Part shown: piece by piece, positions 1 to 8,710 of the stretch
Position numbering within the stretch: position 1 is the stretch's first letter
How the letters are laid out: each line of letters starts with the position of its first letter
Assembly (NCBI GenBank): GCA_040752415.1
Contig: JBFMGU010000191.1
Span: 1-20,575 of the forward strand
Origin: Myxococcota bacterium
Lineage (GTDB): Bacteria; Myxococcota; JACRCW01
Direction: 5' to 3'
Length of the DNA stretch: 20,575 nt
Notes under the pieces: generated by a model
Databases searched by the model: none
Told to the model about the DNA's origin: nothing
The model's input: the letters and a program-made list of their open reading frames with translations, nothing else
Translations under genes and position numbers: made by a program

Positions 1-221
1 GGCCAGGGTGTCGCCCAAGCCAGGCCAACGACGACAAGGGACCCGGGACCCGCCTCGGCCGACAGCCAGGACGGTTTTTGGAGCACTTGTCCAAAGCGGC
101 GAGGGCCCGCCGCACTCCAGGTCGTGGCCCGCTCACGACGTCTGCAATGCCGATGGACATCTTGTTCTGGCAAGCGCGCGGACGCTTCCGTCCTCCAGGG
201 CGCTGCGCCACACTGCCGCGC

Positions 222-1133
222 ATGTCCTCCTGGCTGCGCCGGCTGCTCACCCTCCCGCTGTCGTCGTCACCCGTGGCCTCCCTCGACGAATTGCGCCGCC
301 TCCACGCGGACGCGGCCACCGACCTCAGCCACAGCGTGGAGCGCGCCGCGTTGGGCGGCGTGGTGGCGGACCGCACCGGCTTCGCATTTGCGTGCGGCTA
401 CCAGGAAGCGCTGCTGCGCCTGCTACCCCAGCTCCCGCGCCACGCCCTGGTGTCCCTCTGCGCCACCGAGGAGGGCGGCGCGCATCCCCGCGCCATCCAG
501 ACCTCGCTCGACGAAAACGGGCGCCTGCGCGGTCGCAAGGTGTTCGCCACGTTGGCCACCGCGGCGGACGTGCTGATGGTGGTGGCCAGCACCGGCACCG
601 ACGAGAACGGGCGCAACCGGCTCCGCCTGGTCCGCGTCGACGCGCACGCCGCCGGGGTCCGCATCCAGCCGCTCCCGCCCACCTCCTTTGCCCCGGAGAT
701 TCCGCACGCGGTGGTGGAGCTGGACGGCGTGAACGTGCGCCCCGACGACGTGCTCCCCGGCGACGGCTACGACGCGTACCTCAAACCCTTCCGCACCGTG
801 GAGGACCTCCACGTGCTGGCCGCGCTGCATGGCTACCTCGTGGGCGTCGCACGTCGTCACCGGTGGCCAGAGGAGGGTCTGGAGCTGCTGTGCGCGTCAC
901 TGGTGGGTCTGCACGCGCTGGGTGACCTGGACGCCGCCGCGCCCGAGACCCACGTGGCCCTGGCGGGCGCCTTCACCGCCACGCGCAATCTGCTGGCCAC
1001 GCTGGAGCCGCGCTGGGATCTCGTCGACGAGGAGACGCGGACCCGCTGGAAACGCGACGCCCGCCTGCTCAACGTGGCCGAGACTGCGCGCACGCAGCGA
1101 CGGGAACGCGCCTGGAGCTCGTTGCGGTCCTGA
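222..1133 (+). CDS. Acyl-CoA dehydrogenase family protein (short form)
   Basis: ORF 78..1133, with ATG at 222 (MSSWLRR) the more plausible start. ACAD-like motifs: 'SLCATEEGGAHP' (FAD-binding TE..GS-like), 'LRGRKVFAT' (L.G.K.F.T), 'VLMVVA', 'VELDGVNV..DDVLPGDG'. Confidence 0.8.
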   Translation: MSSWLRRLLTLPLSSSPVASLDELRRLHADAATDLSHSVERAALGGVVADRTGFAFACGYQEALLRLLPQLPRHALVSLCATEEGGAHPRAIQTSLDENGRLRGRKVFATLATAADVLMVVASTGTDENGRNRLRLVRVDAHAAGVRIQPLPPTSFAPEIPHAVVELDGVNVRPDDVLPGDGYDAYLKPFRTVEDLHVLAALHGYLVGVARRHRWPEEGLELLCASLVGLHALGDLDAAAPETHVALAGAFTATRNLLATLEPRWDLVDEETRTRWKRDARLLNVAETARTQRRERAWSSLRS

Positions 1134-1136
1134 GGG

Positions 1137-2327
1137 CTACTTCTTCCGCTCCCGCGGCGGCGCCACGCGGAACACCGTGTACGGACCCCGTGACGCCAGC
1201 AACGTGGCCACCGGCTGAGCATCCACGCGCATCGGTTCCACCCACTGCTTGTGCAGCTTGCCCAGCGCCAGCCACAGCGCCTGTCCGCCCGGCTTCAGGA
1301 TCCGTCGCGACGTGGCCACCTCGTGCACCGCCACCTCCACGCCGGTGCCCGCGTTCAGCTCGCCCACCACGAGGTCGAATCGCTCGTCGGGGGAGACCGC
1401 CGCGGGCAGCCACACCGCTTCGCGCGGGGCCACCTCCACGCCGTGACGACGCGCATTGCGCTGCGTGTACGCAATGGCCATGAGGTCGCGGTCCGCCGTG
1501 GTCACGGAGGCACCCCGTCTGGCCAGCAGCACCGCGGGAGCGCCGTACCCCGCACGCATCACCAGCGCCGTGCCCCGGGGCGCGCGCGGCAGACATTCCA
1601 GCAGCAGCGGCATGCCCTCCTTCACGTGCGTCGGGTCCTCGCTGGCGTCGTGCGGGCGGTCCAGCACCAGCGTGTCGTCGCCGGCCTGGAAGGTGACCTC
1701 GTCACGTTTGTAGAGCCCGGCGTCCTCGTCGGCGGCGGCCACCGCGGAGAGCGCGTAGACGTGGTGTCGCTCCCCCGCCGCCACGCTGCGCAGCGGCCAC
1801 CCGCGCTCCCGGGCCAGCTCCTCCACCACGGGCATCAGGTCGCGGATGACCACCGCGCGGTACTCACCGCCCGCGCTGAGGCGCGCCGCCCCGCACTCCA
1901 TGAGATGCGCCACGCCCCGCTTCCCAATGCGCGCCGGGATGTTGCACAGCACCCAGTCAAACGGCCCCTCGCCCACGGCCAGGTAGCCCAGGCTGGGACG
2001 CGCGGTGACGTTGTGCAGACCGTGCTGCAGCGCGTTGGCCCGCGCGTACTGCACGGCGAGCAGGTCGCGGTCCACCAGCAACACCTGCGCCCCGGGATGC
2101 ACCGCGGCCACGGGCAACCCCAACGCCCCGTAGCCACACCCCATGTCCAGGATCCGCTGCGGCGTGCCCGACGGGAGGTTGTCGAGCAGCAACCGGGTCC
2201 CGTCATCAATACGATCCGCGCTGAACAACCCCCGCCCGGTCCGCAGCCTCAGCCGTTGGCCCAGGAGCTGGATGTCCAGCACGGTCTGGTCGAACGGCCG
2301 CAGGTCATCTGGTGAGGCAGTGATCAT
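1137..2327 (-). CDS. RsmC/MTS-like class I SAM-dependent methyltransferase with two tandem MTase domains
   Basis: N-domain has 'GLFSADRIDDGTRLLL', 'ILDMGCGYGALG', 'VDRDLLAVQYARAN' and 'FDWVLCNIP'. The second copy is degenerate: 'LVMRAGYG', 'ADRDLMAIAYTQRN', 'FDLVVGE', 'LKPGG'. Confidence 0.85.
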   Translation of the reverse strand: MITASPDDLRPFDQTVLDIQLLGQRLRLRTGRGLFSADRIDDGTRLLLDNLPSGTPQRILDMGCGYGALGLPVAAVHPGAQVLLVDRDLLAVQYARANALQHGLHNVTARPSLGYLAVGEGPFDWVLCNIPARIGKRGVAHLMECGAARLSAGGEYRAVVIRDLMPVVEELARERGWPLRSVAAGERHHVYALSAVAAADEDAGLYKRDEVTFQAGDDTLVLDRPHDASEDPTHVKEGMPLLLECLPRAPRGTALVMRAGYGAPAVLLARRGASVTTADRDLMAIAYTQRNARRHGVEVAPREAVWLPAAVSPDERFDLVVGELNAGTGVEVAVHEVATSRRILKPGGQALWLALGKLHKQWVEPMRVDAQPVATLLASRGPYTVFRVAPPRERKK

Positions 2328-2457
2328 GGCAGCCGCAAGAGTTGCCTGAGGGATGGGGGCCTGTCACGGGCGTCGTGCGTCCTCCACGTGACGCGGTCCG
2401 GAGGTCCCTTGTGAGATGCGTTCGAATGCCGCAGTCTTCTCGCCGGTCATCCGCCCC

Positions 2458-3573
2458 ATGGAAGAGCTGCACGTTGCCCAGGGTCAGCTGGTCTGCTTCC
2501 GCGTCTACGACGCCGCGGACGAGTTTGACCTGGAGGCCGCCAGCTCCGCGCTGATGGAGCAGGTGGTCACGCGCGCCACGTTCCGACGGGTGAAGGCCGC
2601 GCATCTCCAGATGTACGAAGCGCCGTTGCAGGTCCGCATGGGCACCACCAAGGTGACCGCCGGCAACCACGCGCTCAGCGGCGACGTCATGGTGCGGGTG
2701 TTCCACACCGGCGTGGTGAGCGTGGGCTTCTGGCTGGAGGTCCCGGCGGGCACCGCGCTCACCGAGCTGCAGACCCCGGTGGCCTCGCTCATGGATTCCC
2801 GCGAGCTGGACCAGACCAGCGCGGACATGGTGCGCAAGCTGGTGAGCACCGTGGGCGCCGCGGCCAAGGTGCCTCGCGCCGAGCTGAAGGTGGTGGAGGA
2901 ATACACGGTGGTGCTCCTCACCAAGCTCAGCCGCACGGTCTCCGCCGCGGACCTGGTGCGCCACCCCTCCCTGCCCGCGCTGCTCCTCGGCGAGCCCACC
3001 GACTCACCCAAGCTCAGCAGCATGACCCGTCGCGCCGCGCTCAAGCGGGCCCTGTCCTTCTACGGGGATGACCTCACGCTCATCGAGTGGAACGGGGCCT
3101 TTGTCTATGATCCCCGCGGCGCCGACGACGTGGCCGACATCCTGGAGTTCGCCACGCAGCAGCTGGTGGAGTTCCGCTACTACGACGAGTACCTGGACCA
3201 CTACCTGGACCGCATGTACGACGAGGTGGAGCTGCACGCGCGCAAGAGCTACTCGCTGCTGGGCGGCCGGTACACCTCGCTGGCCAAGCAGCTCATGTTG
3301 CTGCGCGTGGAGCTGACCGAGGTCACCGAGAAGATCGACAACAGCCTCAAGCTGGTGGGTGAGCCGTTCCTGGCGCGCGTGTACCTGGCGGCGCTGGAGC
3401 GCTTCCGCATCCACCAGTGGCGCGTCAGCGTGGAGGAGAAGCTGAAGGTCATCGACAACCTGGTGACCCTCATCCGCGGTGAGATCTCGTCGGGGAAGAC
3501 CATTGCGCTGGAAGCGGCGGTGGTGATCCTCATCGTGGTGGAGATCCTGATGGGCCTGTTCAAGGTCCACTGA
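2458..3573 (+). CDS. RMD1/DUF155-family (YagE-like) protein with C-terminal TM helix
   Basis: ORF 2416..3573, second ATG at 2458. Contains 'RVFHTGVVSV', 'ILEFA..QLVEFRYYD..LD', 'RVYLAALERFRIHQWR.SVEEKL' and the C-terminal 'LEAAVVILIVVEILMGL' typical of this family. Confidence 0.7.
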   Translation: MEELHVAQGQLVCFRVYDAADEFDLEAASSALMEQVVTRATFRRVKAAHLQMYEAPLQVRMGTTKVTAGNHALSGDVMVRVFHTGVVSVGFWLEVPAGTALTELQTPVASLMDSRELDQTSADMVRKLVSTVGAAAKVPRAELKVVEEYTVVLLTKLSRTVSAADLVRHPSLPALLLGEPTDSPKLSSMTRRAALKRALSFYGDDLTLIEWNGAFVYDPRGADDVADILEFATQQLVEFRYYDEYLDHYLDRMYDEVELHARKSYSLLGGRYTSLAKQLMLLRVELTEVTEKIDNSLKLVGEPFLARVYLAALERFRIHQWRVSVEEKLKVIDNLVTLIRGEISSGKTIALEAAVVILIVVEILMGLFKVH

Positions 3574-3644
3574 AGCGCGCGTGAGCCAGGGCACGGACGC
3601 GGGTCGCACCGGCGCGTCGCGCGTGTCACGGCTAGCTCCCCCAC

Positions 3645-4148
3645 GTGGAGAGACAAGACCGTCCGCGACGCGTGGTGCTGGTGGACATCGACGGGACCGT
3701 GGCCGACGTGAGCCACCGGCTGCACCACGTGCAGGGCCGCCCGCGCAACTGGAAGCGCTTCTTCGAGGGGATGGACCGGGATGAGCCCATCACGCGCGTG
3801 ATCGAGCACGTGCGCAAGCTGGCGCGCGACCATGACGTGGTCCTGTTCACCGGGCGGCCCGAGCCCTACCGCGCCCGCACCGAGGCCTGGCTGCGCGCGC
3901 ACAACGTCCCCTACACCCGCCTGCTGATGCGTCCCGCCGGGGACCGTCGCCCCGACTACGTCACCAAGCGGGAGATGCTGCGCCACGTCGACCATCAGCG
4001 CATTGCGCTGGCCATCGACGACCGCGACCCGGTCTGCGAGATGCTGCGCAACGAGGGTATCCGCGTCCTGGAGGTGCACAGCGACTTGGAGAACCAGGCC
4101 GTCAACGACGTGTACGCGGAGAGCCCGGAGGCGCCCGCCGCCCCCTGA
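3645..4148 (+). CDS. HAD-superfamily phosphatase resembling the polynucleotide kinase/3'-phosphatase (T4 PseT) C-terminal domain
   Basis: HAD motif I 'VLVDIDGTVAD', motif II 'FTGRPE', 'LLMRPAGDRRPD..TK' (motif III Lys) and motif IV 'IDDR'. Confidence 0.8.
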   Translation: MERQDRPRRVVLVDIDGTVADVSHRLHHVQGRPRNWKRFFEGMDRDEPITRVIEHVRKLARDHDVVLFTGRPEPYRARTEAWLRAHNVPYTRLLMRPAGDRRPDYVTKREMLRHVDHQRIALAIDDRDPVCEMLRNEGIRVLEVHSDLENQAVNDVYAESPEAPAAP

Positions 4149-4376
4149 GAGGACGTGCGACGACGAGGTGACATGCCTCCACTGGCGGCGCGCGCTTCGA
4201 CGCTGCGCCTTCACATGACTGGTCTGGCGGCGGCTGGCGTCGTCACGGACGTCAGCTGGAGACATGATTCGCGCTGCCGCGTTTGTCGGCTGCCGGAACG
4301 CTGGTTAGACCCATGCAGAATGTGGTCACGACGGGCGCTGCCGCATCCGTGGTCCGGGTCGTGACCGGAGCGAGCC

Positions 4377-4661
4377 ATGTCCGGTGAAACGCTGCTTCTG
4401 TGGCTGGTGGTAGGCCTGATTGCAGGCTGGCTGGCGTCCGAGGTGGTGGGCGGTGGCTACGGCCTGGTGGGGGACATCATCGTCGGGGTCGTGGGCGCGT
4501 TCATCGGCAGTGCGGTGTTCCGCGCGCTGGACGTTGGCGTGCCCTTCGAGGGCCTGGCCGGGACGATCTTCGTGGCCTTCATTGGCGCGTGCCTGCTGCT
4601 GTTGCTGCTGCGGCTGGTGCATTACGGCGGCACCCATCGGCGCGGAATACGCGGCGTCTAA
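4377..4661 (+). CDS. GlsB/YeaQ/YmgE (transglycosylase-associated) small membrane protein
   Basis: 'WLVVGLIAGWLA..VGGGYGLVGDIIVGVVGAFIG' and 'IFVAFIGACLLL'. GGAG lies upstream of the ATG. Confidence 0.9.
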   Translation: MSGETLLLWLVVGLIAGWLASEVVGGGYGLVGDIIVGVVGAFIGSAVFRALDVGVPFEGLAGTIFVAFIGACLLLLLLRLVHYGGTHRRGIRGV

Positions 4662-4698
4662 GGTCCAGGCAGGTGGGCTCGCACGACCACGCGCCGTT

Positions 4699-4757
4699 GC
4701 GCCGGTAGGCGGCGCGGAGCGCCGGGGGTGGACGGTGGCCGCACCGCGGGTGGCCAC
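4699..4757. terminator. Two GC-rich hairpins between convergent genes (possible terminator region)
   Basis: GCGCCG-gtagg-CGGCGC and GTGGCC-N11-GGCCAC lie between the stops at 4661 (+) and 4778 (-). There is no clear U-tract. Confidence 0.3.
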
Positions 4758-4777
4758 GGCGTGACGTCGCGCGGGGC

Positions 4778-7438
4778 TCAGCCGATGATGGACGCGGGCG
4801 TTGCCTCACGGAGCACGGTGGCGTGGCGCGCCAACAGCTCCCTGGCCAACTGCGCTTCCATGGGCGGGCCGTAGTGGAAGCCCTGGGCGAACTCGCAACC
4901 GAGCTTGCGCAGGTGCTGGTCGAGCGTGGCACTGGACACCCCCTCCGCCACCACCGCCAACCCCAGCGCGCGCGCCAGCTCCAAGGTGGACCAGAGAAGG
5001 GCCTCGCCCCGGGTGTCCGCGCCCGCCTCCACACCCGCAAGAAAAGACTTGTCCAGCTTGACGACGTCAATGGGGAGGTCTCTTAGCCGTGTTAGCGACG
5101 AATAGCCCGTGCCGAAGTCATCCAGCGCCAGACGCACACCGAGGCGCTTGAGGTCGCGCAGCCGGACCACGGCGGCGGCGTCCTCCAATGCCTGGCTCTC
5201 GGTGATCTCCAGGCACAGACCACCCGGGGGCAGCCCGCTGGCGTTCAACGCGTCTTCCACCCGCTGCACCAGGTCCGTCTCGCCCAGCTCCCGCGCGGAA
5301 ACGTTGACCGCCACGGTGAAGCTCCCCGCTCCGGGCACGTTCCGTCGCCACTCCGCGGCCTGGCAACAGGCTTGTTGCTGGACCCACCGCCCCATGCCCA
5401 CCACCAGGCGCGTGCGCTCCACCTCCGGCATGAAGGTGCCGGGAAGCAGCAGGCCGCGCACAGGGTGACGCCAGCGGATGAGCGCTTCAAACCCCACCAC
5501 GCTGCCGTCCGCCAGCCGCACCACGGGCTGGTAGTGCAGGACGAATTGGCCTTCGCGCAGCGCCGCGGGCACCTCGCTCTCGAGCTCCAGGCGGGAGACC
5601 ATCTCCGCGTGCAGGGTGTGGTCGTAACGTATCCAGCAGCCCTTGCCGCGCGCCTTGGCGGCGTACATCGCCACGTCGGCGTTCCGCACCACGGACGCGG
5701 CATCCTCCCCGGGCGCGTGCGAGAGCGCCACGCCCAGGCTCCCCGACACCGTGAGCGTCTTCTCCCCCAGCATGAACGGGCTCGAGAGCTTCGCCAGGAT
5801 GCGGTCCGCCATCCAGCACACCACCCGCTCGTCGGGCGGGTCGAGCAGCAGGACGGCAAACTCGTCCCCGCCCAGCCGCGCCACCAGGTCATCACGACGG
5901 ACCGCCGCGCGAATCCGGCTGGCCACCTCCACCAGGAGCGCATCACCCACGGGATGCCCAAGCGTGTCGTTGACCTGCTTGAAGCCGTCCAGGTCCAGCA
6001 GCAGCACCGCCACCGCGCCGGCGCGTCGGGTGGTGCAGGCGCGTTGCAGACGCTCGTTGAACAGCGCGCGGTTGGCCAGCGCCGTCAGCGGGTCGTGGAA
6101 GGCCTGGAACATGAGGTGGTCCTCGAGGCGACGCCGCTCCTGGACGTCCCGGCACGTCACCACCACCCCGTTCACGCCTTCCTTGTGCAGGCAGTTGTTG
6201 AGGAGCAGCTCGGTGTGTCGCCAGCCTCCGTCGCACTGGCGCCAGCGCACGCACACCGTCAGCGTTCCCTCGCGCTGCGGCACCAGGAGCGCGAACTTCT
6301 CCACGAAGACCGCGGTGTCCTCGGGGTGCAGCAGCTCCACCAGGCGCAGTCCCACCATGCTGTCCGGGGCGTACCCGAGGACACGTTGGGTCGAGCCGCT
6401 GTGGCAGAGGATGGTGGTGTCGTGGCCGAGCACGCAGATCACGTCGGAGCAGTGGTTCAGCAACGCGCGGAAACGGGCCTCCCTTGTCTCGGCCTGTTCG
6501 CGCAGGGCCAGGCCGTCCAACGTCGACGCCACCTGCGCACTGAGGTCCTGCAACGCTTCCCGGCACGCGGCGGACGGCGCTTCCGGCGTCTCCACCACCA
6601 GCAGGCCCACCACCTCACCGTGCGTCACCACCGGCTGGAGGCGGAGGTGCCACTGCAGGAGCGGGAGCCCCATGGCGTGAGCGTAACGCCGGGCTTCCGC
6701 GCCGCTCGCGGACTGGGGCCGGCCGCGCAGCACCGCGGACCAGGCGGCGCCCGGAGGCGTGCCCAGCGGCGAGAGCGCGTCAACTTCCCAGGCCCGCTCC
6801 CCCACCGCACCCGTCCACCGCCAGGTGCGGCTTGCAACCCAGGCCACCGACACACGACACCCCGCGTGCCCGTCCAACACCTCGAGCGCAGCGCGGGCCG
6901 CGACATGTTGGAGCGCGTCGCGGTTGTGCGCGGTGGCCAGGGCCACGCCCGCCCGGGTGAGCGCAGCCCGGCGCGCCAGGGAGCGGAGCAACAGCCGGCA
7001 CGCCACGCCCGAGGCCCACGCCGGTGCCAGCGTGGACACCACCCCGACGAGCAGGTGAGCAGCTCCCGGGACTTCCAGCGACGACGATGTTCCCGCGACC
7101 CCCGGCACCACCAGGCCCAGCGCGGAGCAGACCAGCGTGGGGAGCGAGATCCGCGGGCGCTGCTGCATGCCCTGCGTCATGGCCGCGGCGCCCAGGAGCG
7201 GGAGCGCGCTCCAGGGATCCGCAAGCCCGAAACCGATCACGACGAACGCCGCCACTTCCGCCGCCAGCGGCACCGGCCCCCGCCACGGTCTCCGCCATTC
7301 CCGTGCTCGCAGCAGCACCACGCACAGCACACCGAGCGCCACCTCGAGCCCGGCGGTGGCGTGGGTTGCGGTGGCACCGCCCAGCGCGTGGCCCAGGCAC
7401 CAGGCGGCACCCAGGAGCGTCAGTGCCAGGAGCAGCAT
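4778..7438 (-). CDS. Membrane-bound GAF-PAS-GGDEF-EAL diguanylate cyclase/phosphodiesterase
   Basis: ORF 4778..7585; ATG at 7438 (MLLLALTLL) precedes about 5-6 hydrophobic segments, and the true start is uncertain. GAF-like 'PVVTHGEVVGLLVV'; PAS 'RFRALLNHCSDVI...LGYAPDSMVG...DGGWRH...RDV'; GGDEF 'HDPLTALANR','DLDGFKQVNDTLGHPVGD','RRDDLVARLGGDEF'; EAL 'YQP','FEALIRW','VNVS','LEITE','LDDFGTGYSSL','KLDKSF','AEGV','QGF'. Confidence 0.95.
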   Translation of the reverse strand: MLLLALTLLGAAWCLGHALGGATATHATAGLEVALGVLCVVLLRAREWRRPWRGPVPLAAEVAAFVVIGFGLADPWSALPLLGAAAMTQGMQQRPRISLPTLVCSALGLVVPGVAGTSSSLEVPGAAHLLVGVVSTLAPAWASGVACRLLLRSLARRAALTRAGVALATAHNRDALQHVAARAALEVLDGHAGCRVSVAWVASRTWRWTGAVGERAWEVDALSPLGTPPGAAWSAVLRGRPQSASGAEARRYAHAMGLPLLQWHLRLQPVVTHGEVVGLLVVETPEAPSAACREALQDLSAQVASTLDGLALREQAETREARFRALLNHCSDVICVLGHDTTILCHSGSTQRVLGYAPDSMVGLRLVELLHPEDTAVFVEKFALLVPQREGTLTVCVRWRQCDGGWRHTELLLNNCLHKEGVNGVVVTCRDVQERRRLEDHLMFQAFHDPLTALANRALFNERLQRACTTRRAGAVAVLLLDLDGFKQVNDTLGHPVGDALLVEVASRIRAAVRRDDLVARLGGDEFAVLLLDPPDERVVCWMADRILAKLSSPFMLGEKTLTVSGSLGVALSHAPGEDAASVVRNADVAMYAAKARGKGCWIRYDHTLHAEMVSRLELESEVPAALREGQFVLHYQPVVRLADGSVVGFEALIRWRHPVRGLLLPGTFMPEVERTRLVVGMGRWVQQQACCQAAEWRRNVPGAGSFTVAVNVSARELGETDLVQRVEDALNASGLPPGGLCLEITESQALEDAAAVVRLRDLKRLGVRLALDDFGTGYSSLTRLRDLPIDVVKLDKSFLAGVEAGADTRGEALLWSTLELARALGLAVVAEGVSSATLDQHLRKLGCEFAQGFHYGPPMEAQLARELLARHATVLREATPASIIG

Positions 7439-7760
7439 GCGCAAGGGACGGAGGCCGGGTGTGTCCGGTGGCGTGGCAGCGTCCACCCGCGAAGCGCCAG
7501 CCTGGCGCGGGTCGCAGGGGGCCAGCACCGACGTGGCGCGCGTCGCGCGGTCCGGTTCTGAAGGGGAGGAAGTGGATCGACGCACGGTCTACCCGCGAGG
7601 TGGTTGGTTGCGCGCGCGCCCAGGGCAGCGCCGCAGGGAGAGATACGCAAAGGACACTGCTGCGACGCCGGTGACTCCTCGGGTGTCGTCGTGATCAGCG
7701 TGCGCGGGCTGCGTTGGCGCGACATCGCGACCGGGCGTCGCGGTGCAGCCGGCGTCACGT

Positions 7761-8708
7761 TCAGGGGACCGCACCCGCGTCCACCTGGTTCTTGCCCCGC
7801 GCCTTGGCGCGCAACAGCGCGCGGTCCGCGTGCGCCACCACGTCGCCGCTGGTCCTCCCGTGCGCCGGGTACGAGGCCACGCCCAGGCTCAGCGACGGGC
7901 GGACGGGCTCCGCGCCCTCCGGCACCCGCAAGCCCGACACGCGCTCACGCAGGCGGTGCGCCAAGGCCAGCGCGGCGGTGGTGTCGGCCTCCGGCATCAG
8001 GATCATGAACTCGTCGCCTCCCACGCGGAACCCCTGGTGGCGCGGCCCCAGCTCCGACCGGATGGCGCCGCCCACCTCACCCAGCAGACGGGAGCCCAGC
8101 TCTTGTCCCCGGGTGGCGTTGAGGTGTTGCAGGTTGTCCAGGTCCGCGCTGAGCAACCCGTAGCTGCGACCGTGCCGCTCACAACGCGCGTGCTCCTGGG
8201 CGAGCGCTTGGCGGAAGTGGCGGACGTTGTAGAGACCGGTGAGCTCATCCCGCAGGGCGTTGCTCTCCAGTTGCACCACCTGCCCGGCGGCCACGTGGAG
8301 GACCTGGCGCTGGATGTCCACCACCACGCGCCCGGTCTGCACGCGCTGTACCGACGCGCGCAGCGCCTGGGCCAGCAACGCCGGCGGCCAGCTCAGGTCC
8401 ACCACGGCGTCCGCGCCCAGGAGCGACACCGCTTCCGCGGCGCCCTCCCGTCGTGGATCCACGAACAGGACGAGCGGAATGGTGGTCTCCTCGGAGGCGT
8501 GCTGGACGCGCAGCGAGTCAGAGCCGGGCCACGGCTGGCACACCACGCCAATGCAGTCCGCGTCTCCTCCCGCAATCCGTTGCACCGCCTCCCGGGCCGC
8601 GCGCACGGTCCGGACGCTGAAACCCGGCAGCCCCTGCAGGCGGGGCTCCTCCGCCGCGCCCAGCACCAGCAATCTCAGATCGTCGCGCGCTGGCATCTCC
8701 GCCTCCAT
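7761..8708 (-). CDS. GGDEF dinucleotide cyclase with degenerate receiver-like N-terminus; Hypr-type signature (candidate 3',3'-cGAMP synthase)
   Basis: 'RDELTGLYNVR','ADLDNLQHLNATRGQELGSRLL','FRVGGDEF','SLSLGVA','ADRALLRAKARGKNQV'. Start is ATG 8708 or 8696 (GGAGG precedes 8696). The N-terminus has a REC-like pattern ('IPLVLF','LGADAVV') without the canonical acidic pocket. Confidence 0.9.
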   Translation of the reverse strand: MEAEMPARDDLRLLVLGAAEEPRLQGLPGFSVRTVRAAREAVQRIAGGDADCIGVVCQPWPGSDSLRVQHASEETTIPLVLFVDPRREGAAEAVSLLGADAVVDLSWPPALLAQALRASVQRVQTGRVVVDIQRQVLHVAAGQVVQLESNALRDELTGLYNVRHFRQALAQEHARCERHGRSYGLLSADLDNLQHLNATRGQELGSRLLGEVGGAIRSELGPRHQGFRVGGDEFMILMPEADTTAALALAHRLRERVSGLRVPEGAEPVRPSLSLGVASYPAHGRTSGDVVAHADRALLRAKARGKNQVDAGAVP

Positions 8709-8710
8709 CC

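Noticed and set aside
1..221. Possible 5' end of a minus-strand gene running off the left edge
   Set aside because: No frame gives a convincing protein or RBS; it cannot be resolved within the window.
222..1133. Acyl-CoA dehydrogenase as substrate supplier for the PhcB-like enzyme
   Set aside because: It is about 9 kb away, separated by unrelated genes, and there is no evidence of linkage.
4302..4317. Possible sigma54 promoter (TGGTTAGACCCATGCA) upstream of the GlsB/YeaQ gene
   Set aside because: Only the GG-N10-GC spacing fits; the match to TGGCAC/TTGC is poor.
7586..7612. ACCCGCGAGGTGG hairpin resembling GEMM P2 upstream of the GGDEF-EAL gene
   Set aside because: It lacks the flanking AAA and GAC-GAAAGCC motifs and is in the wrong orientation for that gene.
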